Assembly: GCF_035084215.1 (NCBI RefSeq)
Contig: NC_090326.1
Location: 1,922,001 to 1,986,000, forward strand
Source: Heptranchias perlo
Lineage: Eukaryota
Direction: 5' to 3'
DNA length: 64,000 nt
Part shown: piece by piece, positions 36,760 to 50,400 of the stretch
Layout of the letters: every line of letters begins with the position of its first letter
Position numbering within the stretch: position 1 is the first letter of the stretch
Position numbers and translations under genes: made by a program
Notes under the pieces: model-generated
Database searches by the model: none
What the model saw: the letters and a program-made list of their open reading frames with translations, nothing else
Told to the model about the DNA's origin: nothing

Positions 36760-39700
36760 TGCAGCAGAGGAGACAGAGGGCCATTCTGGGAGAAGTCGGC
36801 TCAGTCACCTCCACTGAACAGTGGGTAGCAGAAGAAGCCCTTCAGTGACTACCAGGAGGAAAAGCATCCAGCAGAGGGGACAGAGGGGCATTCTGGGAGA
36901 AGTCGGCTCAGTCACCTCCACTGAACAGTGGGTAGCAGTTGGTCACACCACAGATAAAAATTACTGAGGGGGATAGTGAATGGGTGACCAACAGACAGAG
37001 GAAGAGTAGGAAGGCAGTGCAGGGGTCCCCTGTGGTCATCTCCCTCCAAAACAGGTATACCGTTTTGGATACTGTTGGGGAGATGGCTCACCAGGGGAAG
37101 GTGACAGCGGCCGAGTTCATGGCACCGTGGCTGGCTCTGCTGCACAGGAGGGCAGGAAAAAGAGTGATGATGTGGAGATGCCGGTGATGGACTGGGGTTG
37201 ACAATTGTAAACAATTTTACAACAGCAAGTTTCCAACAAACGTTCACCTGAGGAAGGAGGAAGCATCCGAAAGCTTGTGAATTTAAAATAAAATTGCTGG
37301 ACTATAACTTGGTGTTGTAAAATTGTTTACAAAAGGAAAAAGAGTGGCAGAGCTATAGTGATAGGGGACTCGATTGCAAGGGGAATAGACAGGCGTTTCT
37401 GCGGACGCAACCGAGACTCCAGGATGGTATGTTGCCTCCCTGGTGCGAGGGTCAGGGATGTCTCGGAGCGGCTACAGGACATTCTGGAGGGGGAGGGTGA
37501 ACAGCCAGTTGTCGTGGTGCATATAGGTACCAACGATATAGGTAAAAAACGGGATGAGGTCCTACAAGCTGAATTTAGGGAGTTAGGAGTTAAAATAAAA
37601 AGTAGGACCTCAAAGGTAGTAATCTCAGGATTGCTACCAGTGCCACGGGCTAGTCAGAGTAGGAATGACAGGATAGCTAGGATGAATACGTGGCTTGAGA
37701 GATGGTGCAAGAGGGAGGGATTCAAATTCCTGGGCCATTGGAAACGTTTCTGGGGGAGGTGGGACCAGTACAAATTGGACGGTCTGCATCTGGGCAGGAC
37801 TGGAACCAATGTCCTAGGGGGAGTGTTTGCTAGTGCTGCTGGGGAGGGTTTAAACTAATGTGGCAGGGAGATGGGAACCGATGCAGGAAGTCAGTGGGAA
37901 GTAAAGTGGTGACAGAAACAAAAGGCAGTAAGGGAGAGTGTACAAAACATGACCGGATACATGGTCTGAGAAAGCAGGGCAAAGACCAAGGGAAGTCTAG
38001 ATTAAACTGCATTTATTTCAATGCAAGAAGTCTGATGGGCAAGGCAGATGAACTCAGGGCATGGATGGGTTCATGGGACTGGGATGTTATAGCTATTGCT
38101 GAAACATGGCTAAGGGAGGGGCAGGACTGGCAGCTCAATGTTCCAGGGTACAGATGCTATAGGAAAGATAGAGCAGGAGGTAAGAGTGGAGGGGGAGTTG
38201 CGTTCTTGATTAGGGAGAACATCATGGCAGTAGTGAGAGGGGATATATCCGAGGGTTCGCCCACTGAGTCTATATGGGTAGAACTGAAAAATAAGAAGGG
38301 AGAGATCACTTTGATAGGATTGTACTACAGACCCCCAAATAGTCAACGGGAAATTGAGGAGCAAATATGTAAGGAGATTACAGACAGCTGCAAGAAAAAT
38401 ACGGTGATAAAAGTAGGGGATTTTAACTTTCCCAACATTGACTGGGACAGCCATAGCATGAGGGGCTTGGATGGAGAGAAATTTGTTGAGTGTATTCAGG
38501 AGGAATTTCTCATTCAGCATTTGGATGGCCCGACTAGAGAGGGGGCAAAACTTGACCTCCTCTTGGGAAATAAGGAAGGGCAGGTGACGGAAGTGTTAGT
38601 GAGGGATCACTTTGGGACCAGTGATCATAATTCCATTAGTTTTAAGATAGCTATGGAGAATGATAGGTCTGGCCCAAAAGTTAAAATTCTAAATTGGGGA
38701 AAGGCCAATTTTGATGGTATTAGACAGGAACTTTCAGAAGTTGATTGGGAGAGTCTGTTGGCAGGCAAAGGGACGTCTGGTAAGTGGGAGGCTTTCAAAA
38801 TTGTGTTAACCAGGGTTCAGGGTAAGCACATTCCTTATCACGTGAAGGGCAAGGCTGGTAGAAGTAGGGAACCTTGGATGACTCGGGAGATTGAGGCCCT
38901 AGTCAAAAAGAAGAAGGAGGCATATGACGTGCATAGGCAGCTGGGATCAAGTGGATCCCTTGAAGAGTATAGAGATTGCCGGAGTAGAGTTAAGAGAGAA
39001 ATCAGGAGGGCAAAAATGGGACATGAGATTGCTTTGGCAGATAAGGCAAAGGAAAATCCAAAGAGCTTCTACAAGTACATAAAGGGGAAAAGAGTAACTA
39101 GGGAGAGAGTAGGGCCTCTTAAGGATCAACAAGGTCATCTATGTGCAGAACCACAAGAGATGGGTGAGATCCTGAATGAATATTTCACATTGGTATTTAC
39201 GGTTGAGAAAGGCATGGATGTTAGGGAACTTGGGGAAATAAATAGTGATGTTTTGAGGAGTGTACATATTACAGAGAGGGAGGTGCTGGAAGTCTTAATG
39301 CGCATCAAGGTAGATAAATCTTTGGGACCTGATGAAATGTATCCCAGGACGTTATGGGAGGTTAGGGAGGAAATTGCGGGTCCCCTAGCAGAGATATTTG
39401 AATCATCGACAGCTACAGATGAGGTGCCTGAAGATTGGAGGGTAGCAAATGTTGTGCCTTTGTTTAAGAAGGGCAGCAGGGAAAAGCCTGGGAACTACAG
39501 ACCGGTGAGCCTGACATCTGTAGTGGGTAAGTTGTTTAAGGGTATTCTGAGGGACAGGATCTACAGGCATTTGGAGAGGCAGGGACTGATTAGGAACAGT
39601 CAGCATGGTTTTGTGAGAGGAAAATCATGTCTCACGAATTTGATTGAGTTTTTTGAAGGGGTAACCAAGAAGATAGATGAGGGCTGTGCAGTAGACGTGG

Positions 39701-40878
39701 TCTACATGGACTTTAGCAAAGCCTTTGACAAGGTACCGCATGGTAGGTTGTTACATAAGGTTAAATCTCACGGGATCCAAGGTGAGGTAGCCAATTGGAT
39801 ACAAAATTGGCTTGATGACAGAAGACAGAGGGTGGATGTCGAGGGTTGTTTTTCAGACTGGAGGCCTGTGACCAGCGGTGTGTCTCAGGGATCGGTGCTG
39901 GATCCGCTGTTATTTCTTGTTTATATTAATGATTTGGATGAGAATTAAGGAGGCATGGTTAGTAAGTTTGCAGATGACACCAAGATTGGTGGCATTGTGG
40001 AGAGTGAAGAAGGTTATCTAGGATTGCAACGGGATCTTGATCAATTGGGCCAGTGGGCCGATGAATGGCAGATGGAGTTTAATTTAGATAAATGTGAGGT
40101 GATGCATTTTGGAAGATCGAATCCGGCCAGGACCTACTCCGTTAATGGTAGGGCGTTGGGGAGAGTTATAGAACAAAGAGATCCAGGAGTACAGGTTCAT
40201 AGCTCCTTGAAAGTGGAGTCACAGGTGGATAGGGTGGTGAAGAAGGCATTCGGCATGCTTGGTTTCATTGGTCAGAACATTGAATACAGGGGTTGGGATG
40301 TCTTGTTGAAGTTGTACAAGACATTAGTAAGGCCACACTTGGAATATTGTGTACTGTTCTGGTCACCCTACTATGGAAAGGATATTATTAAACTAGAAAG
40401 AGTGCAGAAAGATTTACTAGGATGCTACCGGGACTTGATGGTTTGACTTATAGGGAGAGGTTAGATAGACTGGGAATTTTTCCCTGCAGAGTAGGAGGTT
40501 AAGGGGTGATCTTATCGAAGTCTATAAAATAATGAGGGGCATAGATAAGGTAGATAGTCAAAATCTTTTCCCAAAGGTAGGGGAGTCTATAACGAAGTGA
40601 CATAGATTTAAGGTGAGAGGGGAGAGATACAAAAGGGTCCAGAGGGGCAATTTTTTCAATCAAAGAGTGGTGAGTGTCTGTCACGATCTGCCAGAGGCAG
40701 TAGTGGAGGCGGATACAATTTTGTCTTTTAAAAAGCATTTGGACAGTTACATGGGTAAGATGGGTATAGAGGGATATGGGCCAAGTGCAGGCAATTGGGA
40801 CTAGCTTAGTGGTATAAACTGGGCGACATGGACATGTTGGTCCGAAGGGTCTGTTTCCATGTTGTAAACTTCTATTCT
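36760..40878 (+). mobile_element. Near full-length CR1 LINE: duplicated 5' UTR, ORF1 esterase, ORF2 APE-RT
   Basis: IGDSIARG, VVHIGTND, DGLHL (37358-37858); 696-aa APE-RT ORF 37858-39948, frameshifted continuation FADDTK to 40804; ~70-bp 5' repeat at 36763 and 36871. Confidence 0.95.
37167..37333. mobile_element. Mini-PLE (tail, short inverted arm, pLTR with hammerhead motif) in CR1 ORF1, 13-bp TSD
   Basis: TSD AGGAAAAAGAGTG at 37154-66 and 37334-46. Confidence 0.9.
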
Positions 40879-41184
40879 GCGGCGACTGACCAGACACTGT
40901 GAGGAGCGCCGTCCTCAGGGTGTTCAACAGTTTCTGAGCTGGGAAACTACAATGAACCCCCGAGAATCAGCAGCACAGGCCGAGCAGGGAGGAAAACCTG
41001 TCCCGGGAATTGTCAACCTGGCGAACAGTTTGTCCCGTGAATGTGCAGATGTGAATATTGTGTCAGAGTGTGTTAAAGCGGCGGGCGGGTTAGATTAATG
41101 TCACTATGTTTGTGTGACCGGTCTCATCCCTCACAGAGATGCGAACCTGTGCCCTCCTATTTTCTATGCTTTGTTTAAACCCTA

Positions 41185-41345
41185 TTCTTTCAGGAAGCTG
41201 GAGAAGCACCTGAGGGAGAACTGAATAGAAGGGTGTGCTGATAGGGTTACCTGAAGTAGGGTGGGAGGAGGCTCGTGTGGAGCATAAACGCCGGCATAGT
41301 CCATTTGGGCTGAATGGACTGTTTTTGTGTTGTAGTTTCGATGTA
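41185..41345 (+). mobile_element. Short CR1-type 3' end
   Basis: GGGTGGGAGGAGGCTCGTGTGGAGCATAAAC..GGGCTGAATGGACTGTT. Confidence 0.55.
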
Positions 41346-41777
41346 ACGTTCAAATGCCTGTTGTGCTATCTGTAGTTTTGTAACTTCAGGCCGTTCACTA
41401 TTTCTATCATTGAACGAATATTTGACTCCGATTAAATTAATCTGAGACCGTTGCTGTCTGATATGAACTCCTGCAGAATCCCAACAAACACACCGACTCC
41501 CGCTTTCCTCCCAAGTTCCTGCAGGATTGCTTTGAGAAGATTCCCAACAGATACGCCGACTCCAGATTTCCTCCCAAGTTTCTTTGAGAAGACGGGCTCA
41601 TGAACAGCAAACACCCAGCGGGGAATGATCACAATTAGAGCTTCTTAAAGGGGCAAACCCCCAGCTTTAAAGGTTCCCTGCCCTTTCCCCCAGTCCCAAT
41701 GCCTTTGCTCAGATTCTGATAAAAGTGAATTGGGAAAATTTCCCATTGGTTTTTGTTCTGAATGAAGCCTGAGATAC

Positions 41778-42180
41778 CTGCGCATGCGTGATTCAGCCCC
41801 ATTCCCAGCGCTGATTGTTACTCAGCAGAAGAGCGCGTGCGCGTTCCCCTCCCCCACGTCTGCATGTGGGCGTCATTCCCTCAGTGAGTGGAAGAAAATG
41901 GTTTCAAACAGCCGGGAATGGAGAGATCACGGCCCCCGGGGTAAAGGAGTAAACAGCAGCCTCGTTACAGCAGCTCATTCGGGATCGTGTCCGCAGATGG
42001 GCTCAGAGATCGGCATTGAGTCCGGGGCAAGTTGAGGGGGGAGTCCGGGGGCTGTTTGTAAGAGGTGGAGTGGATCAGGAACTGGTCCCGGAACATGGAG
42101 TGAGCGGGGGAAGGGAGAAGCCATTCTGGGGCTGCGTGTGTACAAGTTTGTCCAGGGTATGGGAAGAACCTGCCATTTGA
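41778..42180 (+). promoter_or_regulatory. CpG-rich promoter / first-exon-like element, copy 2
   Basis: Homologous to 21271-21650; donor position reads GG|GCAAGT. Confidence 0.5.
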
Positions 42181-42511
42181 AATCATTGCTGCGTTCTCTC
42201 CCCAAACCAGCAGTGAATGGTCCTGGATTTATGAAACGATCATCTATTGCAGTCATCAATCTGGAAGTGTGAAGGACACATTTTAAACAGCGGCTGTTTT
42301 GTTTCGGTTGAACGGTTAGTCCTATGGGAGAGGGGATTAGAAACCTGACGCGTACAAAGGTCCCTGCCCTAGCGGGTAGTCCCATTCGTGGATCAGTGCA
42401 GGGGTTGGGTTGTGCCTGGATGTCAGGAAATTGTTGTAAAACAGCCTGACACACCTGGTATGCGGAAGCTGAGTGCTGCAGTACTGCAGTGGAGTCAGGC
42501 ACTGACATATT

Positions 42512-42672
42512 ATAGAAACATAGAAAATAGGAGCAGGATTAGGCCATTCGGCCCTTCGAGCCCGCTCCGCCATTCAATATGATCATGGCTGATCCTCTAT
42601 CTCAAGACCATGTTCCCGCTCTCTCTCCATACCCCTTGATGGCTTTTGTGTCTAGAAATCTATCTAGCTCCT
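42512..42672 (-). mobile_element. CR1 3' UTR fragment
   Basis: ATAGAAACATAGAAAATAGGAGCAGG..; absent from the other unit copies. Confidence 0.8.
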
Positions 42673-43379
42673 GTTCGTATCGCTTGTTTTAATAATGATT
42701 ATGAACAGAGGGATTAATTTGATTATTTTTGTATTTTCTACCTCACCTGTTCTCTTGAGTTACAAGACATACTTTTACTTCCGACAGGAAAATATTTGAA
42801 GGAGCCAGAATAAATGTGGTTTCCTCCACTCGAGGCACAAGGAACAGTGCAACCAGCTCCTTCTCACTCACAGTAGGTACATTATCAGTCACAGAGCACA
42901 GAGACAGACGGGTCATCAGCTCCACAGTCTAACTCAGCAGAAGTATTCAGTCCCACAATGATCCCAAGTACCACAGATGCACTTTCAATTCAACATTCAG
43001 AGGAGGAGAGGCAGACGATGTTTCCATTTCACCCTAAATCAATACCGCTGACAAGTAGATAGATAAATCCCAGTCCAAAATTACGCCCACTATCAGTTTG
43101 AAAGACACTGCGTCAACCTCACAATAGTGCAGCCTTAGCTACAAATTAAATAGCAGATAGAATAGACACACGGTAACTAATTGAAAGATACAGCAAAAGC
43201 CCCAATAATGTAACCCATATGAGCGAGCAAAACTCACACACATTATGAGTTTAAAAGATTCAGTATCCATCCCAATTCTGTAACCTGAGCTGCAAATTAC
43301 ATACAAGTCCAAAACTCACGTGGAGTATCAGAGTGAGAGATGCTGAACGATAATGTAACCTGCGATACAAAATTAGATA

Positions 43380-43800
43380 GCAGTTCAGAACTCACTCATA
43401 TTATGAAACTGAAAGTTACAATATCAATTCGATTAGACCAAGAGCAACACGTTACATAGCAGTGCTAAAGTCTCGTACAATGACACCCTGAAAGATAGAG
43501 TATCAATTCCATTAGTTCAGACTGAGCTAATCTTTACCTACCAATCCGAAAATCTCATTGTGTCAGACTGAAAGATACAGTATCAATTCCATTAGTACAG
43601 ACTGAGCTACACGTTAATTAAAAATCCAACAATCTCAAACACTGTCAGACTAAAAGATACAGTATCAATTCCATTATTGCAGACTGAGCTACGCATTACA
43701 TACCAGACCAAAAACCTCATAGAGTGTCAGACTAGGATTCAGTATCAATGCCATTAGTGTTCATTGTGATACAGATTTAATACTGGTCCAAAAGCCAGAC
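43380..43800 (+). repeat. ~82-bp minisatellite array
   Basis: Same unit, more degenerate. Confidence 0.8.
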
Positions 43801-43896
43801 AGATTGTCTCATTAAAAGCTACATCATGAAATTCTAAAGTGCACCATATTTACAAATTAATTACTGGGCAGAAAAGTATTTATACGTTAATATATT

Positions 43897-44410
43897 ATAG
43901 AAAGGATATTATTAAACTAGAAAGAGTGCAGAAAAGATTTACGAGGATGCTACCGGGACTTGATGGTTTGACTTACAGGGAGAGGTTAGACAGACTGGGA
44001 CTTTTTTCCCTGGAGAGTAGGAGGTTAAGGGGTGATCTTATAGAAGTCTATAAAATAATGAGGGGCATAGATAAGGTCGATCGTCAAAATCTTTTCCCAA
44101 AGGTAGGGGAGTCAATAACGAGGGGGCATAGATTTAAGGTGAGAGGGGAGAGATACAAAAGGGTCCAGAGGGGCAATTTTTTCACTCAAAGGGTGGTGAG
44201 TGTCTGGAACGAGCTGCCAGAGGCAGTAGTAGAGGCGGGTACAATTTTGTCTTTTAAAAAGCATTTGGACAGTTACATGGGTAAGATGGGTATGGAGGGA
44301 TATGGGCCAAGTGCAGGCAATTGGGACTAGCTTAGTGGTATAAACTGGGCGACATGAACATGTTGGGCCGAAGGGCCTGTTTCCATGTTGTAACTTCTAT
44401 GATTCTATGA
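43897..44410 (+). mobile_element. 5'-truncated CR1, same subfamily as 36760-40878
   Basis: RKDIIKLERVQKRFTRMLPG..GNWD; (TTCTATGA) tail. Confidence 0.92.
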
Positions 44411-44449
44411 AACACCAAACTGAGTAACAATTAAAATTTAGATATGGAA

Positions 44450-46990
44450 TTAATCCTGACTTGTGCACTGTTCCAGAGACTGACAGATATACAATAAATC
44501 CCACAATCACACACAGTACCAGAGACTGAAAGACACAGAATGAACCCATACTCACATAAAGGACCAGAGACTGACAGATACAGAATCAATCTCACACTCA
44601 CATACAGGACCAGAGACTGACAGATACAGAATGAATACCACACTCACACACTGTACCAGTGACTGACAGATACCGAATTAACACCACATACACATACTGT
44701 ACCAGAGAATGACAGATACAGAATGAATCCCACACTCACATATAGTACCAGGCAATGACAAGATAGAGAATGAATTTCACACCCACACAGCACCAGTGAC
44801 TGAGAGATAAAGAATGAATCACACACTCACACACGGTACCAGTTATAGACAAATACAGAATTAATCGGACACTCACAAATACTGTTCGAGACTGACAGAC
44901 ACAGAATGAATCATATACAGTACCAAAGATTAAGGGATACAGAATTAATTCCACACTCACAGACTTTACTAGAGACTGACACATACAGAATCAATCTTAC
45001 ACTCAAATGTGGTACTAGAGACTGACAGAAACAGAATGAATCCCACTAACACAGATGGTATCAGAGACTGACACATCTAAAATGAATCCCACACTCATAC
45101 ACTGTACCAGTGATTTACAGAAACAGAATGAATTCCATACTCACACACAGTAGAGAGATTAACATAAACAGAATAAATCTCACACCCACGCCATACCAGA
45201 GACTGCATATATAGAATGAAACCCTCGCAAACACAGTACCAGAAACAGACAGATATAGAATGAATCACAAACTCACACCATACCAAAAAGTTGCAGATAT
45301 TGTAAGAATCTCACTCACATACAGGACCAGATACTGACAGATACAGAAAGAATCTCACACTCACATACATTACCAGACACTGACAGACACAGTATGAATC
45401 CAGAAAGAGACAAATACATAATTAATCTCACATTCACAGACAGTACCAGAGACCGACAGATGCAGAATCAATCTCACACTCATACACAGTACTGGAGACT
45501 GACAGCAGTACAATGAATCCCACACTTACAGAGACTAACGGATACAGAATGTATCCCACACTCAAACACAGTACCAGAGACTGACAGAAAATAATGAATC
45601 CCACACTGACACACAGTACCAGAGACTGACAGAAGATAATGAATCCCACACTGACACACAGTACCAGAGACTGTCAGATACAGAACGTATCTCAAACTCA
45701 CACACAGTGCGAGAGATTGACAGAAGCAGAATTAATCCCACACTCACCCACAGTATCAGATACTGACAGATGCAGAATTAATCTCACACCCACACACAGT
45801 ACCAGAGATTAACAGATACTGAATAAGTCCCACACTCATGCAGTACCAGATACTGCATATATAGAACGAATCCCTCCCTCACATACATTACCAGAAACAA
45901 ACAGATAGAGAATGAATCCCACACTCACACACAGTACCAGAGACTGACAAGTACAAAATGAATCCCACACTCACACTGTAGCAGATTGACAGATGTGGAA
46001 TGAATTCCACACACGCATATGGTACCAGAGTTTGACAGACACAAAATTAATCCCACCATCACAGACAGTACCAGACACTAACAAATGCAGAATGAATATC
46101 ACACTCATACACAGTACTGGAGATTGACAGTGATACAATGAATCTCATACTCACAGACAGCTCGAGACTGATAGATACAGAATGAATCCCACACTCATAT
46201 GCTGCAGCAGAGATTGACAGAAAGGGAATGAATCTCACACTCAGACAATAACACAGACTGTCAGATGCAGAATGAATCCGACTAGCACATACAGTACCAG
46301 AGACAGACAGATGCAGAATGAATCCTACACTCAAATATATAACCAAAGACTGCACATATAGAATGAATCCTACACGCAAATACAGTACAAGAGACTGACA
46401 GATAAATAATTAATCCCACCCTCACACACCGTATCAGAGACTGCAAGATAATGAATCACACACTCACATACAGTACCGGAGATTGGTAGGTACAATCCCA
46501 CACTCACACAATACCAGAGAGTGACAGGTAATTAATTAATCACAAATGCATATACAGTACCAGAGACTGACAGATAATTAATGATTCCCACACTCACACA
46601 CAGTACCAGAGACAGACAGATACAGAATCAATCTCACACTCATACACAGTACTGGAGACTGACAGCAGTACAATGAATCCCACACTTACAGAGACTAACG
46701 GATACAGAATGAATCCCACACTCACACACAGTAACAGAGACTGACAGATAAGTAATTAATCCTAAACGCATTTACAGTACCAGTGACTGAAAAATACAGA
46801 ATGATTCCCACACTGACATACAGCAGAAGGTACAGAATAAACGCCAACACTCATACACTACCAAAGGCTGTCAGATACATAATTAACCTCATTCACACAT
46901 AGTACCAGAGACTGCATATATTGAAAGAATCCCACACACATATTAAATACTAGAGACTTACAGTTACAAAATGAATCCCACACTCTGTAC
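44450..46990 (+). repeat. Long ~46-bp minisatellite array (~55 units)
   Basis: Same unit as 595-1205. Confidence 0.93.
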
Positions 46991-47478
46991 AATGTGTTTA
47001 GCAACTATTCAAGTAACAATCAATCAGCTTGTGCAGAGACTGACCCGTGTAACAGAATGCAAGCTGAATGTTGTCTGATTGATGAACTGTAAATATTAAA
47101 ACGATTAATTTCATATTAAATAATGGCTGGTGGTTGCATTTCAAACATTCCTCGTATTTCTCGGTGCCTCCGCTCCAATCTAACGCCACCGTTTGCGGTC
47201 AGACTGAGGGGGCATTTTCACTGCGGGCGGATCTCGGGCGGGAGGATCGGAAGAGTCTTTGATTGGCCCGAATCAATTTGATGGACGGGCCGACTTTGAA
47301 TCAGATTGGTGGGTTTCCCACGTGTGTGCAACATTGACGGGCGGCTCGCCGAGTTGTTCGGCCGGCAATTTCCGGCGGCCGGGATTTCCGGCGAGCCCGG
47401 CGCTGTTAAACGGCGCTCTTGTCCTTTCCACCGAGGCACTTTGTTTTGGACGGCGATTTCAGCATTTGGCCCAGAGGA

Positions 47479-50400
47479 ATGTCAGAACCAAAAGCTCCGC
47501 GATTCAGTGATGCAGCAGTGGAGGTTTTGGTGGAGCAGGTAAGGTCCCGTAAGGAGGTCTTTTTCCCCTCGGATGGGAGGAAGATGCCCAGGCAGACACT
47601 ACGCCAGGCCTGGAAGGAGGTGGCTCTCAATGTGAATGCCGGGAGTGAGGTTCTCAGGACAGGAGTGCAGTGTCGCAAGAAGTTCAACGACCTCACTCGG
47701 ACTGCAAGGGTGAGTATAAAGTCGTACTACGTCTGGGCTGTGACTCAGGCTGCCAGTACTGAGGGACCGCTGCACTGTCCGAGGTGCCAGCTTTCGGATG
47801 AGACATTGAACCCTGTTCTCCATCTGCCCTCTCCAGTGGATGTAAAAGATCCCACAGCACTATTGGGAGACGAACAGGGGAAACATTTTATCCTTATTTA
47901 CTCTATCAAATCCCCACATAATTTTGAACACCTCTATTAAATCTCTTAATCGTCCCTGCTCTAAGGAGAACAGTCCCAGCTTCTCTGGTCTGTGCACATG
48001 CAGTCCCTCATCCCTGGTACCACTCTAGCAAGTCTTCCCTTAACCTTCTCTGCTCTGAGGAGAAGAATCCCAGTTTTCTTGGTCTGCCCACATAACTGAA
48101 GTTCCTCATCCCTGGTATCATACTGGTACATCTGCCATCGGTCAGTGGTAACAATCTCACCTCTGAGTCAGAGGGACATGCGTTCAAATCCCCACTCCAG
48201 GGACTTGAGCATAAAATGTAGGCTGACGCTCCCAGTGCAGTACTGAGGGAGTGCTGGACTGTCGGAGGTGCTTTCTTTTGGATGAGAGATTAAACCGAGC
48301 CCCCATCTCTCATCTCAGGTGGACATAAATGATCCCATGATACTATTTCGAAGGAGAGCAGTTTTTTCTCCCTGGTGTCCTGGCCAATATTTATTCATCA
48401 ACCAACACCATGAGGACATAATGGGAGCTTGCTGGGTGAAAATTGGCTGCCAGGTTTCCCACATAAGAACATAAGAAACAGGAGCAGGAGTGGGTCATAC
48501 AATCCCTCGAGCCTGCTTCGCAATTCAATAAGATCGTTGCTGATCTTAGACCTCAAGTCCACTTTCACATCTAATCCCCATATCCCTTGATTCTCCTGGA
48601 GTCCAAAAATCTATCTATCTCAGCCTTAAATACACACAACGACTCATCATCCACAGCTGTTTGGGGTAAAGAATTCCAAAGATTCACGACCCTCTGAGTG
48701 AAGAAATTTCTCCTCAACTCAGTCCTAAATTTCCAACCCCTCATTCTGAGACGAGGTCCCCTAGTTCTAGACTCTCCAGCCAAGGGAAGCATCCTCTCAG
48801 CATCTACCTAGTCAAGCCTTCTTAGAATCTTATATATTTCAATGAAAGCGAATATGAAGCAAATATGCAGGTGCAACAAACAGTTAGGAAGGCAAATGGT
48901 ATGTTGGCCTTCATTGCAAGAGGATTTGAGTACAGGAGCAAGGATGTCTTACTGCAGTTATACAGGACCTTGGTGAGACCACACGTGGAGTATTGTGTGC
49001 AGTTTTGGTCTCCTCACCTAAGAAAGGATATTCTTGCCATAGAGGAAGTGCAGCGAAGGTTCACCAGACTGATTCCTGGGATGGCAGGACTGTCGTATGA
49101 GGAGTGATTGGGTCGACTCGGCCTGTATTCACTCGAGTTTAGAAGAATGAGAGAGGATCTCATTAAAACATATAAAATTCTGACAGGGCTAGACAGACTG
49201 GATGCAGGGAGGATGTTTCCCCCGGCAGGGGGGTCCAGAACGAAGGGTCACAGTCTCAGGATACGGGGTAGCACATTTAGGACTGAGATGAGGAGAAAAT
49301 TATTCACTAAGAGGGTCGTGAACCTGTGGAATTCTCTACCACAGAAGGCTGTGGAGGCCAAGTCACTGAATATATTTAAGAAGGAGCTAGATAGATTTCT
49401 AAACACAAAAGGCATCAAGGGGTATCAGGAGAAAGTGGGAATATGGTATTGTGATATAGGATCAGCCATGATCATATTGAATGATGGAGCAGGCTGGAAG
49501 GGCCGAATGGCCTACTCCTCCTCCTATTTTCTATATTTCTATGAAATCATCACTCATTCTTCTAAACTCCAGAGAGTAAAGCCCCATTCTACTCAATCGT
49601 TCCTCATAGGGCAAACCTCTCATCCCAGGAATCAATCTACTGCACCACCTCTAAGGCAAGCATATCCTATAAGGAGACCAATACTGTACACAGTACTCCA
49701 GGTGTGGTCTCACCAAAGCCCTGGACAATTGCAGCGGAAATTGCTTAATCTTGCACTCCAACCCCTTGCAATAAAAGCCAACATGCCATTTGCCTTCTTA
49801 ATTGTTTGCTGTACCTGCATGTTAACATTTTGCGTTTCATGTACAAGGACACCCAAATCCCACTGAACACCATTTTTTTGTCACCATTTAAAAATATTCT
49901 GTTGTTCTATTTTCCTACCAAAGTGAATAAACTCACATTTCCCGCATGATACTCCATCTGCCACCTTCTTGCCCACTCACATAACCTGTCAAAATTACTT
50001 TGCAGACTCTTTGTGTCCTCCTGACAGCTTACTTTCCACGTGGAGTTGTATAGTCAGCAAACTTAGACACATCACAATTGTCCCCTTCATTTAATTCATT
50101 AATATAGATTGTAAATAGCTGAGGCCCAAGCACCAATCCCTGCGGCACCCCACTTGTTACAACGTGCCAACCCAAAAATGACCCATTTATTCCTGCTCTC
50201 AGTATTCCGTCCGTTAACCAATGCTCAATTCATGCTAATATATTACCCTTAATCCCATGAGCCCTAATATTGTTTTATGTGGCACCTTATCCAATGCCTT
50301 TTGAAAATCCAAATATACTACACACACTGGTTCCCCCTTATCAAACCAGTTAGATACACCCTCAAAAAACTCTAATAGATTCTCAAACACGATTTCCCTT

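Noticed and set aside
37858-40804. Active autonomous CR1
   Set aside because: ORF2 is frameshifted at ~39946 and ~40410, and ORF1 is interrupted by a mini-PLE
48140-48210. tRNA gene
   Set aside because: A/B-box head is followed by a Deu domain and has no complete cloverleaf; it is a SINE
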